From the NCBI GenBank assembly GCA_049999805.1, contig JBNGIO010006370.1:435212-499211 (forward strand): a DNA stretch of 64,000 nucleotides, in the 5' to 3' direction. Positions 52,118 through 64,000 of the stretch are shown in pieces; position 1 is the stretch's first letter; every line of letters starts with the position of its first letter. The DNA comes from Folioceros fuciformis (Eukaryota). Below the pieces are notes generated by a model. It worked only from the letters and a program-made list of their open reading frames with translations, had not been told where the DNA came from and did no database searches. Position numbers and translations under genes: made by a program.

Positions 52118-54523
52118 TCAACGGCGATCCCCACATGAACAAGAGCCATCGACGAACCTATGCACTTGATGCGCATCTCTGACTATAATATGTCGCTTCT
52201 CAAGCCGTGACATGACCTTGGTGCTACTGTGGCAATCAGTGCACATCCGAAGATTTTTAGTGACGAGCAAAGTCGTGCCATCCGGTGTATTGAGCAGACC
52301 ATATGCCAAAGCCAGTTTTTCAGCATGTCCACAAAGGGCATCTTCTTTGTCCTGCTCAGACACCGCCTTGAGTACCAACTCAGTTCGTGGCACATGGCCA
52401 CCTTCCTCCGTCAACCTCGTGTTCACGCCCCTCAGCTTTGGCAATATGTCAGACCTTTCTTCTCCTACCGTGAACTCATGAACCTCATTCCTCACTTCAA
52501 TGGTGGCCCTTGCAGGCTTCTTCAAAGCACCTGCTGACTTCCGCAAGCTTTCAATCCTATCCACCTCATCCCAACTGCCTGCATTTGCATAGATGTTCCC
52601 CAACAGCACGTACGAACTTGCATTGTCAGGTTCCAGTTCCACGAGACGGTCAAAGCATCGCCTTCCACGCTCGACATCGCCATAGTTCTTGCAGGCACTC
52701 AACAAAGCTTTCCATGCCGAGACATCCTTCTCGAACGACATGGTATGCAAAAAACACTCTGCCTCATCCAGATGACCCGACCGGCCAAGAAGATCCACAA
52801 TGCAGCTGTAGTGGGAATCTGTGGGCAGTATCCCATGGTCCTCGATCATCCTCCTGAAATAGCGCTGGCCTTCATACACGAGGCCCGCACGACTGCAGGC
52901 CACAAAGAGACACAAAAAACTCGTCTCATCAGGCTGCAAACCCTGCTCAAGCATGTCCTGAAAACACAGGATGGCCATGCGACCGTCACCGTATTCAGCA
53001 TACCCATTGAGCATGGCTGTCCATGTGACCAGATTTCTGGAGGGCAGCCTGTCAAACACTTTCCGTGCATCCTCCAAGCTGCCACACTTGGAATACATGT
53101 CCACCAGGCAGCTGCCAATGGCCACGTTAGCTTCCAAGCCAGCTTGATGGATGCGGCCATGAAGCTGCTTCCCTTGGTGCAGAGCTCCTGCACTCGCACA
53201 TGCTTGAAGGAGGCACACGAAAGTGAGCTGGTCCGGCACAGTGGTGCCCTCGTGTTGCATGCATGCATACAAAGCCAGGGCTTGCCGAGCCAGACCCTGC
53301 TCCGTGTAGCCTGTGATCATGGCAGTCCATGTAACCACATCTTTGGAGGGCAAACTGTCAAACATTGTCCTCGCATCCTCCAAGCTCCCGCATCTCACAT
53401 ACATGGTGACCAGGCAGTTGGCCATGACTGCATCATCTTGAAACCCTCGTTCCCGTATCTGACAGTGCAGCTGCTTCCCCTGCTGCAGCGCTCCGACACT
53501 GGCGCATGCCTGGACGAGGCACACAAATGTGACATAGTCGGCTGGAGCCAAGCCCTCCTCATGCATCCGGTCATACAGAGCGAGGGCTTGAAGGCCCAGC
53601 CCCCGCCGACCATATCCTGCGATCATGGCATTCCACGTGGCCACGTTCCTTGTGGGCAAGCAGTCGAACACCTGACGGGCATCCTCCAAGCTGCCGCATT
53701 TGACATACATGTCCACCAAGCTGGTGCTCACAAACACATCGGCCCTGGCATCACCACTGGCCTGAATTTCAGCGTGCACATGTTTCCCCGAGACCAGGTC
53801 CTCTGCTGAGGCACACGCCTTAAGGACTGCGACGAAGATGTAATTGTCTGGCTTCAAGCCTGACTGGCGCATCGTTTCATACAGGGTGACAGCATGCCTG
53901 GGCTGTCCATGACGAACATGAGCCAGGATAATGGTACACCACATGTGCACATCGGGGATGGAGACCTTGTCGAAGGCGTGCACTGCATCCTCCAATTTGC
54001 CGAGAGAAGCATACATGGCGATGATGTGGTTGGCCAAGAAGGCGTCTGACTCGTGCCCACACTTGACCACAAGAGCATGAAGGCGCCTGGCGGACACGAG
54101 ATCCTTGTGAGCCATGCATTTCTTCAGAACAAGATAGAGAAGGGAGTGCGATAGATAACATACTGAATGCTCCTGCTGCTGCTGCTGCAGAAGGTCCAAA
54201 ACCTGACTCAGTCTCCCATGCTCACACCACCTGGTCACCCAGGCTTTAAGCGAAGCTGCGTCCCAGGCAGCAGCAGGAGCAGGGACCCTACCGTGTTGTG
54301 CATTGGGCGCTCTGTGCCTGAAGTCGGGATAGCATGAACTCTTGTCCAGGCCATTGTCCTCCCGCCTCCGAGAAGGCTTAGCCCAGAGCTCCTGCACTGA
54401 GACGGTCCCTCCTGCAGCGGCAGAAGCAGAAGCAGCAGGGCTTGACACGGAGAGGCGAAGCTGCTCCCTCGACAGCTGCTGCCGCGGTAGCAACAACGTG
54501 GACAGCTCCAGCAACGTCGCCAT
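52118..54523 (-). CDS. PLS-class PPR protein with DYW:KP domain (C-terminus DRR); intronless; candidate U-to-C editing factor
   Basis: Ser/Ala-rich transit-peptide-like N-terminus; about 14 PLS motifs; KKPARATIEV, HAEKLA, CTDC, SCSCGDRR*. Confidence 0.93.
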   Translation of the reverse strand: MATLLELSTLLLPRQQLSREQLRLSVSSPAASASAAAGGTVSVQELWAKPSRRREDNGLDKSSCYPDFRHRAPNAQHGRVPAPAAAWDAASLKAWVTRWCEHGRLSQVLDLLQQQQQEHSVCYLSHSLLYLVLKKCMAHKDLVSARRLHALVVKCGHESDAFLANHIIAMYASLGKLEDAVHAFDKVSIPDVHMWCTIILAHVRHGQPRHAVTLYETMRQSGLKPDNYIFVAVLKACASAEDLVSGKHVHAEIQASGDARADVFVSTSLVDMYVKCGSLEDARQVFDCLPTRNVATWNAMIAGYGRRGLGLQALALYDRMHEEGLAPADYVTFVCLVQACASVGALQQGKQLHCQIRERGFQDDAVMANCLVTMYVRCGSLEDARTMFDSLPSKDVVTWTAMITGYTEQGLARQALALYACMQHEGTTVPDQLTFVCLLQACASAGALHQGKQLHGRIHQAGLEANVAIGSCLVDMYSKCGSLEDARKVFDRLPSRNLVTWTAMLNGYAEYGDGRMAILCFQDMLEQGLQPDETSFLCLFVACSRAGLVYEGQRYFRRMIEDHGILPTDSHYSCIVDLLGRSGHLDEAECFLHTMSFEKDVSAWKALLSACKNYGDVERGRRCFDRLVELEPDNASSYVLLGNIYANAGSWDEVDRIESLRKSAGALKKPARATIEVRNEVHEFTVGEERSDILPKLRGVNTRLTEEGGHVPRTELVLKAVSEQDKEDALCGHAEKLALAYGLLNTPDGTTLLVTKNLRMCTDCHSSTKVMSRLEKRHIIVRDAHQVHRFVDGSCSCGDRR

Positions 54524-56507
54524 CTCATCCTACCTGCCTCATCTCTTCCACTACTTGGCCAGATTGCTGGACTGGAAAGTGAGAAATCTACGCATGGAGC
54601 ATCCAAATTGCGAAATTTTCACGGCCGATGTCCGTAAGTGGCAATGCGGGACACACAGCCTTTCCTCACTAATTCATCGTCGTTTGCTGTTGCTAGTCTC
54701 ACTGCTTCCTGCTCACAGTATTGGATAGATCCTTTTCGGTATGCTTCGTTCGCTGTTAATTTGTTATCTCCATTTTATCTTGCTCGAGGTCGTGTTTTTT
54801 TGCAGTAGGATGGAGGCTTTATTGGAAAACCCTGATGAAAAATCGTCTTCCTCGAGGGAGACAAGAGAAAATTGCAAAGGCAACTCACATCATGTAGCAT
54901 GATCCGTGAGTCGCTAACACTGCCTTCTCTCCGCTAGCCATGGTTCTGGAATTCGTGTTGCTTTTGTTACGTGAATCGTGTTTGTGGGCACCTTCGGACA
55001 AGCGATGGAAACAGCGGCCTACACATGAGTTGCTAATGCCGCCTACCCTGCGCGGACTATCATTATGTATTCTATATTTGTCAGCCTTGCCTTTCTTTGA
55101 AGAGCACTCAACATTTGTTTGTCAACATTTGTTTGTCAAAAGGTTAATGTATGAGACAAAAGGAGATCAATTCCAACTATGATCTTCTTGCTGCAAATTG
55201 GCCAAGGGGAGAGTCACTAGTTCTTCCTACTATTGTACTATGTTCCACTGATGTGCCAAGGGAAGACCTGCTCATTCTTTCCACCAATGTGCCAAGGAAA
55301 GACCTACTCATTCTTTCCGCTATTGTTCTGTATTCCTTATTTGTCAGCTTCTTTTGAAGAACACTAAAAAGTTGTCTTCAAAAGAAGTCACAATATGAGA
55401 ACGCTAAAAAGTTGTCTTCAAAAGAAATCACAAATATGAGACAGGGAAGCAACTCCAATTCCGCTCTTCTTGCGGAGGAAACCTACTCCAATTCCGCTCT
55501 TCTTGCGAAGGAAACCTACTTCGCTCTTCCCGCTATGGTATGTCTTGGCATAGGTCTTGAAGGAACTTGGAGAATGCAATGCATTGCATGTGGCCTTATA
55601 GGTCTTAATACCAAGGGGGATGAAGGTATGCACAACTTGCATAGGCTATAAATGTGCATTTGGGCCAATGCAAACTTCTGGGGTGATCTTGGCCAATGTA
55701 CATCCTGTCACTCTCCAACTAGAAGTGTTGAGCTTGACATACTTATAGATTTGAGTCCTCATGCGATTTGTTGCCATCACACAAGTATCAAGACCTAGTC
55801 CCTCGAATGCAAAGGATATGATTTGGAAGGGAAACATCATGTAGGATGCCCTAAATGAGCAAGAAGCTACCCTCCTCGACCAAAGATATCTGGCACTGCA
55901 AAAGGTGTTGGTGTGAGCTAGAAGAAAGTTAGGGGTGTGATTATGGAAGCCTCTAGTGGATTCATGGTCCAAGCTAAGACTGGGAGCCTGCGACTTTGCT
56001 GAGGAAGAGCGATTGCAAGCTACAATCAACATTTTCACCTATTTTAATAAAAACTTTTAGTGTTAATAGAGGAAGGGATGGATTATATTCCAAGTAACCT
56101 CGTAAGACAATTTAGCACCAACGGGCACGACCTTTAGAATATTTTTTTGTTCAAGGGTAAACTTTAAGGAGTTGGAGCGAAGGTGAATCAGCGGGTCTCC
56201 CAAAAGTCCGGGCAAAGCTACTGCAGGTAAGGCTTCGGCCCTTCGATCGATCGGGTCGCTGAGAAAAGTTCATTCGCCTCAGTGTGCGAACAATCGAAGG
56301 TGGAGGGAATGCGTCCACGAGTGTTCTGCGTCGCTGCTTCCTTGGAGTGAAGCTCTCTTGCTCCTGCTGACGGCGTTGTTCTGCAGGCGCATCCAAGAAA
56401 TTTGGCAGCTGAGCGAACGGGCTGTAGGGGTCAGGGTGCGGGCAGCTTCCCCCTCGCCTCGCTGTTGTGGTGCAGATGCAGTTCCCGTCCCAGCAGACTG
56501 ACTGACA

Positions 56508-59405
56508 ATGGACAGCTCCAAGCCCTACGCTCCGGTTGCATGGCAGCTCGGGCAGCACTCGGTGCAGCCGGGAGCACCTGTTGCGCAGCAGCAGGCACCC
56601 GTGGTGGCCAGCGCTAACGTTGCAGCCGTAGGTGTGGCGTTCCCGTCCGCCACGGCCGCCGCTGCCTCGTCCTCGGCGTTTCACACTGCCCGAGACGGAG
56701 GTGCACTTCGCGAAAGTCACCTGGAAGACGAGAGGGAATGGAAGTGCCTTACATGTGGCAACAGTGAACGAGTCCGGTCAGTCAGTTTTTCAGCTTATTT
56801 CGCTTTCTTTACTCATGCCTGCCTTCCTGTACAATTACGGATGATGATGTCTTGGACGGTGGCTCCAGTGTCTGGCTAGTGACCGGATTGCACTTCCTAG
56901 CTGGTGGGATGGAAGCTCTTGTGCCGCCCCCGCCCATCGCGCGGCGGATGTCATATGACCGACGGAATCTGGATGCAGGTGCCCTTTTCGTCTGTGCAGG
57001 ACTTGCTGTGTGAAGTCCAACAAGTCGTGCTACGTCCATGGTAAATTTCCAGGAGGCCGCCAGCTGGCTCTGCTCTGACTTCAGGTGTCATCACCTCTTC
57101 TCTTGGGTGTGCAAACCATGACCCTGGACGTGATTGTTGTTGCAGTGTTGAAGCACGGGAGGCCTGAGGTTATGCCGAATGGTTCGATCGTGATGGGGAC
57201 GTCTTTCGATCCGCGATACCAATCGCCGGTGAGCATGTATGTTCTTGCCCTTATTACTTGTCTGAATTTCACCGTAATTTCCGGGACTCTTGTGTTATTG
57301 TTCCGTGGAATGTGTCTTTCAAGTCATCTGCTCATCCGTAGGTTTAAATACCCTGCCTGCAGGACGATGGGGCATGTGTCGCCTCAGTTCAGAAAGCAGC
57401 CGCCCCCCCCAACCCAAGTGCTCCCCGGATCTGGTGTTCCCACGAGATACCCTACTCCAGCCCCAGGGATGACATCTGACCCTCAGTTCTACAGACCTGC
57501 CGCCCCTGGAGCACAGGTCCCGACCAACTGGTCGAAGGTTACCCCTGGTCCACAAGTGACTCCCCAGACAAGAGAGAAGATGCAAAACATGCGACTCAAG
57601 AGTCAGCGGGCTGCTATACAAGCCAGGCAGAAGGTTATTGCCACTCAAGTTCAGCTAGCTGTCGTGTTTTGTGTTGACCTCGATTCTCTGCCTGTGTATC
57701 CTTCTATTTCACAATCCAGGTCCTAGACCCTTTCTGATCCACTCTGTTCCTGTTTCTCTGGTCTTAGGAGGCTAGTGTGCTCAATGCTTGGAGGCTTCGC
57801 AAGTTAAGAGAATATGATGAAAGTGAGGAGTCCCTGGAGGACGAAGCATTTGACCGTTATGCAAAGAGAATGTCTTGGCTGGAGGAAGTGTTCTCTTTTG
57901 AAGGACCGGCATCGGATGGACTTTCAGATGATGGACATCTATTGGTGGAAGGTGTCGAGGTGCAAAACATCAGTGGAAATGAAGGAACTCTAGTAGATGG
58001 CTCAACTTTGGCAGATGGCTTCCGAGTGAGGTCAGCTCTGAACTCCAAAACGAAGGAAGGGGGCAGGCAAAGATTGAAAAGAGCAATTGACGGCAAGTTA
58101 CAACAGCTGAACGCGAAGGACGAACGTGTGGAGCGCTGGAAGGACGGTGATGACTACAATTTGTCGGTCTTACCAGGTAGTTCCTTTTCAAAAAAATTAA
58201 AAACTACTAGCAAAGAAGGCAGAGATTGCATCAAAAGAATGCATGCTTTTGACTCTGTGGTCCAAAAATTAAATGACATCAAAACTCGAGATGAGATTTG
58301 GAGGTCTTTTGGTATTTACAAGGATAGCTTCGGTCCGGGAATTGGCCGAATTCTACCTCATCGAACTCAAATGGCGGAGGATTTCTTAGGCTGTGACGCT
58401 GCTACATGCAACAATGTGGGGAGTGCGAAGGAGCCAGAGTGGATGGGCATTGCAGAACGCTTAACGGATTTTTTTAAGGGATCTAGCCATGGTGATTGCG
58501 CAGCCGAAAATGGGCAGCGTTCAACGGCTGTTCCTGCTGAAGAAAGGGCTGGCCCATCTAAGATAGGTGTTGAAGAAGGCATTATGGAGGCTTGTGTGAA
58601 GCCAGGCACTTTCACCGGTAAATGGACAATTGCAAACATGCCTTCGGAGTTAAGGAAGGAAGGAGATACCTGCTTCAGGAGTTTTGAGGGATATGATGTG
58701 GAGAACATTCAAATAACAGATGTTGCTCCGCTTGCAATAGACGACTTTGGAACTGCTGATGTTCTCCAAGGAGGAGGAGTCAGCATTGAGGAAGGAGCGC
58801 CTACTCCAGGCCCTACTAATGAGGCTGCAGTCCCGACAGATGCGTTTCGAGAAGCTGTAGCGGTTGGATGTGAGCTAACTACTCATGGTGAACCAGAGTC
58901 AGTGCAATCCAATCAGCATGGAGATGGTTCTGGCCTCCATGAGAGGTATGTGCAGGTCGAAGTTCAAAATTCAGACGCTGCAGAGATTGCAAGAGACGAC
59001 AATAGAAACGCTGATCCTCACGGGGTGGAAACATCAGGCATTGTGCACGCAGCACCTGTTGTTGGCCCTTCTGGGGCTCCTGCAGCTTCGAAGGGCGTGT
59101 TGCAACATGACGTAGCGATCTGTGAAACACAGGGACCAAGCATGAACGTCCGCGTATTTGGTCCTCAAAATCTCCAAACCCAGGTTGCCTCGAAGGTGAA
59201 ACCCTTGGAGAACTTTGAGGGGTTCAACGGCCCTGAATTAGCGAAACCTAGTTCCAATCTACTCACTGAGAGTGGCCTTGTACAGCCCCAAAATATTTTC
59301 CCTGCCATCTGTGTTTGTGCCTGGAGGAGAGTGGATATGAACGTGCAAATTGCGGATACCGTCTTGCGATACTTAATTCAAATGGAGGGTTCGGAGGAGT
59401 TGTAA
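56508..59405 (+). CDS. Plant zinc-finger protein of the At1g32730-like family (SHI/STY-like Cys cluster), multi-exon
   Basis: Spliced CLTCGNSERVR/CPFRLCRTCCVKSNKSCYVH/VLK, and conserved block LNAWRLRKLREY..EDEAFDRY..MSWLEEVFS. Confidence 0.8.
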
Positions 59406-61221
59406 ATTGTATCCTTTTTTTAATCCGAAAATCATTGCGGTTTTAAATTTTGTTACTATTATCCGAGTGATTGAGAATTTCTCGTTATGTGTAATGAAAT
59501 GAGTCAACAATATCAATCATACCGCCTTTTACATCCACCGGAATATAATTTATATGCAAATATGTTGCAGAAATCTTAAAATGATATGCTTATATGTTGC
59601 TGAAATCTTAAAATGATGCACAACTTTGAAGCTACTTTTGATTATTGAGCATAATCCATTTCAGACAATGTATCCAATAAGTTATTTTTTACCACTGTAA
59701 TGAGATTTTGCTCATGGGCAGTCTGTATACATTGCGCAAGAGAGTTTTACTTAGAGCCAACCTTTTTATCACTAAGGACAACATGTTTCTATCGATGATA
59801 TCCTTATCATGGATTTCACATTTGATTTGCAAGCACGTCGTCATCCACCTCCCTAGATGGGCAGCAAAGGGTTGTGCAAGTGCTTAAGTCCATAATTATT
59901 CTCCCCTACAAAATAGGCATGTTTTTATCCCCCTTACTCTTGACACAAGTAGGGCAATGACTTTTAAAGGTTGAGCAAGGAGTGTGCAAAGGTGTGTTAC
60001 CATCATAGGATCGAGGTTATTCCTCTTTCTAAGTGGTGGCCTTCTCTGATAACATGTCTCTATTCCTTTGCAAAGTGCATTAGCCAAAGTGGTCTTTAGA
60101 AGCACAACAATTACAGGTTCGTAGCTTCTCGGCACCACTGATAAGTAGGTCACTTCTTATTTTGCATCATCACAAGAATCGCAATACTTGTAATACATAC
60201 TGTTAACAAAGAACAAAGCAATATTGAACAAGAAAGTAGCAGCACTATAGCTTCTTAAATTAATGGTTTATGTAAATCAGTTAAACATAACAAATCCCCT
60301 AAGTAAAAAAGTACATTAATTATCTATGTAGTCAAGAAAAGGACTTAAAACATACATTATTATCAAAACTAAAAGTAGACCCTAACTTAATCCATTTCTG
60401 AAAGACATGACTCTAGTTCTGGGTAGACTTGTAACTCTAATAAACAAGAGTGCCATTTTTAGTTTTCCACTAATTAGATATTAAAACATACTATGTCATC
60501 CATAACTGGGCATAACCCTAATTTGTAGTAGCCAATATATAAGTGAATGTGTTATAGTTTGTCATAGCTTGCTCACACCATAAATATTCACCACCATTGC
60601 TATGTGCAAAGTCAAGTTACATTGATGTCATGCTTCTTCTTTATCAACCCAACCCTACTACCCCTTACTTTGCCCTCAACACTATAAGTTAGATCCTTTT
60701 ATGTCTCTTGTCAAAAGGTCATAGGAGTATAAAAAATATAAATTTAATCCTTAAGTTTTTCAACCCTTCACTATAATCTTTAGGAACATTTTTTTCTTCC
60801 ATATCGTAAAGTAGATTTATGTTAAGTATTGATTGAAGTGGTTGTATTTTATATCTAGCCAAAGTATTAAAACCATTACAAATATTCAAAGATTACTAAG
60901 AGTATAAGCATAAGAGTATTGGACTTACTTTCTTACTATGTGCGATATAAATCTTCAAATAATGATCAGCGAGCTCAAGAATTCTTCTATCGATATATTA
61001 TGGTTCCATAATTCTATATATGTGTGGTAAGGATGCATTATGTTTAGGCATATTGTTTTGGACTCCTAGAACATTACTTGTAAGTAATTAATGTCTTAGT
61101 AGTTCTAGACTTGTATGTAAGTAGTGGAAAAAGTGACTTGTATGAAGTGACAAAAGTTGAAGTTATCATATTTCAAGTATTCATGATTTTGCATTGGTTT
61201 TGTAGTTATTTGTCTGAAGAA

Positions 61222-62227
61222 ATGTTTGCCAAGCTGGGAACTCTCGCTGAGCTCATATGGTGCCAACCTGATTGGTTACCAATATTTATTGGGTATGATT
61301 ATCATAAGGTGTGCCCATTGCACCCTCACATGGCAAAGTCAGGGTGCAACAAGTTTTGCATTGAATGTCAGGTTGCCCCATTTTGTGGCGAATGTAGCAA
61401 AACCTCTCATGCAGGACATGAAGTACTAACTGTTAGAAAAGTGAATCGACGTTATGGTATCTACACTTCAGAGATTCAATCTCTTGTAGGACCTATGCTT
61501 TATATTGGGGATGTTACTACTTTCAAGTGTAACGACAAGGAGCACACAATTTTATCTCCCAAAATACAAGATTCAACATGTACGACTTCGACATCTGAAT
61601 TAACGTATCACTCTTTTGTTGATTCCGAAGGATGTAAGAGCTTAAAGACTTATTGTAGCCTTAATTGTAAGTTAATGCATCTTGGATTAGACGGGTTTAG
61701 ATTGCATTGCAACGTGCCAAAGAAAAGGCGATGTTGTTGCACAAATTCTTATCAAAATAATACAACAATGAAGAATGCGATGTCTGACAATGTTATTGGT
61801 ATCACAGGTAACAATTTCAATTTTTTGCTTTTTGCTATCATTATGAGACGTCTAGAAGATGTTTAACAAAAAGCTTATATGACTATGTGATGTGCACTTA
61901 TTCATGTTTGTGGGTATAATGTAAAAAACAGGAAACGTGGAAGCTTGTGACTTGAATAGATCTGGCAAGGAAAAGGAGAATGAGCCATCCCAAGTAGAAG
62001 CTAATGACCCTAACAAGCCCATGAGTGAGGATGAATTATCCCATCCAAAAGATTATGGACCTAACGAACCTATGGATGAGGCAAGTTTAAGCAAACTTGA
62101 AGAAGAAGCTTTAAATGGCCTTCATTTAGCAAGGATGAGTGACAATAGTCATGATCAAGAAGCCTTTAATAGTGGATGTAGAAGTTTAGATGAATTGAAG
62201 GCTCTACTTAGAGGTTACAACAAATAA
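61222..62227 (+). CDS. Divergent PLATZ zinc-binding transcription-factor-like protein, 2 exons
   Basis: PDWL..CPLH...CNKFCIEC...FCGEC...HAGHEVLTVRK and YCSLNCK. Exons 61222-61807 and 61932-62227 join in frame (phase 1). Confidence 0.72.
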
Positions 62228-63434
62228 ATTTTGGTTGTGAACTTCACATATCAAATGTTTAGAGATAAAAATAGCAAGAACGCGTTCCTCTCTAGAATTT
62301 TATGGTAGTTTTAGACGTATAGTGTTTTTTTTATTGTTTTAGAGCTATAGGGTAGGTTTTAGATTTTTGATCCACAACATATAGTTTAAGGTTTACACTC
62401 TATAGCAAAACAGTGTGTTATCAAGTTGTGCTTTCATCCTCTGACTCCTTGATATGTGAATGCGGAAACATTATTTAAAACCGAGATACAAAAACTCATT
62501 TATCTTGAAAAAGGGGAAAAAATGGCTACAAAAAGTCGGTACGGCTGGAGAGGACTAAAGCCCAAGGCCTTCTAGTCTCAAGCTATTCTTTGCACCTAAA
62601 ACAACATTATTAGGAAGGTGGAAGAGTTTGCATCGAAGCCATGAAGCCACGTTACTTGTGGTGGTCGTTATTTTGTAAATCGTATTGCTAAACACGATGG
62701 GCGCGTGTTATCAACAAAGGGCCGTCTTTCCTATGCCCTATGTTAACTAATATTAGGACAAATGTAGGCTATAGTTCTCAATTCTTCACTAGGCGAAAGC
62801 AACATCACAGCGGAGGTTCATGGAAAGAGTCTTAGCTATTGCATTTCTTCTCCTTGGTCCACGAACGCCATAGACTACACAATTCTAGAGAGTACCATAT
62901 TGGGGCGTTAAATTGCACAGTGGCTACTACACCACTACATTTGAGAGTAGTTTGACACATGTTTTGTAACATTTTTGTAATGATATTTGTCACAAGTTGT
63001 AACATAATGCAACGCTTTTCTAATGACCTAGGTTCGGGTTCTAATGACCTAGGTTCGGGGCCTGTAACCTTGGGTGGGTCTATCCCTTATACTAATTTGC
63101 ACCTCCCCTTCCAAAACTCCAACATAATGTAGCAAAGTACATTACATGGTATTACCACCAAAGAGTCATTACCCGTTACAAACAAGTTTGTACCACTGGT
63201 TGTTACACATTTCTAGGTTTGGTGCGAAACCTGTTAATCATGTTTTACCATGGTTTACATCCTTTCTCTTGTCCTCAATGCACTTTCAACAAGGCCTGAT
63301 CAAAACGGTCGGATTTCGTCATTTCTAGCTTTGTTGGATTTGGATGTTTAAATTTTGTGTCATGTATCCACATTTATGTACATTTATTTCTGGTGTTGCG
63401 TAAACCTGTAGAAAAAACACGTCTCGTACTAAAC

Positions 63435-63585
63435 ACATGTATCTACCTTTCTTGCACATTAACACACTTGCGTATCTACCTTTATTGCACATGTATCTAC
63501 CTTTATTGCACATGTATCTACCTTTATTGCACATCAACACACTTGTGTTTTTGCCTTTATTGCAAATCAACACACTTGCGTATTT
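63435..63585. repeat. Mixed 21/33-bp tandem repeat
   Basis: ACATGTATCTACCTTTATTGC units interspersed with longer units containing CAACACACTTG. Confidence 0.8.
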
Positions 63586-64000
63586 GCCTCTGGTCAGAGA
63601 GTGCCGGTCTACTAGCACACTCGGAACGGACTACTCAAATGTCTATTTTTTCATCAGCTATCGTAATTTCCTCAAGAGAGACTAACGGGTTCAATTCGAA
63701 ATGCAGAAACCAGTGGAGATTATGGACTTGGAGTCCTTACCGAAACCCTTATAGGATTTTGTTTATTCGGCGAAGAATTGGAAAAGGATGGAAGAAAAGA
63801 AGCAAAAATTGGCCGACGCAGATATGGACGCGAGCTTATCTAACTTTAGAGTATTGGCCAATAACACGAAGTTAAATAGCAAGTTATTCAACGAAATGTT
63901 CTAGAAATGAAGGCATTTCTAGTGAAACTCCCGTACACGCTATTATTTGCAGACTTGCCTCGTGGGGTTCAGCGACATGAGTATGATAAGCATATGAATA

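Noticed and set aside
52745-53809. 354-aa plus-strand ORF and similar antisense ORFs over PPR genes
   Set aside because: Shadow frames of repetitive PPR coding sequence.
59870-60010. Ankyrin-repeat gene
   Set aside because: Only GNTPLH and NNYGLKHLH scraps amid stops; too little to call.

Overview
Gene-dense eukaryotic plant nuclear DNA with short introns (mostly ~80-150 nt). A flagellar CFAP65-like gene together with DYW:KP-, WW- and LL-type PPR proteins points to a seed-free plant with U-to-C organellar editing, most likely a hornwort (inference). Genes in order: CFAP65-like (partial), EEF1AKMT1/N6AMT2-like methyltransferase, a PPR pseudogene, PPR-DYW:KP, SIN3-like, two tandem MetAP2 copies separated by a MITE and a decayed PIF/Harbinger element, a DnaJ-zinc-finger/Trp-rich (TIGR02450-like) protein, importin-11, a short MBD9-like PHD + 2xMBD gene spanning an N-gap, a Kelch pseudogene, a composite minisatellite, NSRP1/CCDC55, an LL-type PPR-E+, an aldo-keto reductase, a WW-type PPR-E+, a second PPR-DYW:KP, an At1g32730-like zinc-finger gene, and a divergent PLATZ gene in an AT-rich tail. 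Most striking observation: the first PPR-DYW:KP (candidate U-to-C editor) carries an intact OSB-type 'PDF' ssDNA-binding motif in front of its PPR array. Two other PPR genes keep decayed copies of that motif at the same position, and one of them joins the same N-terminal chassis to a WW-type (C-to-U lineage) C-terminus. All assignments come from reading motifs by eye; no database searches were run.
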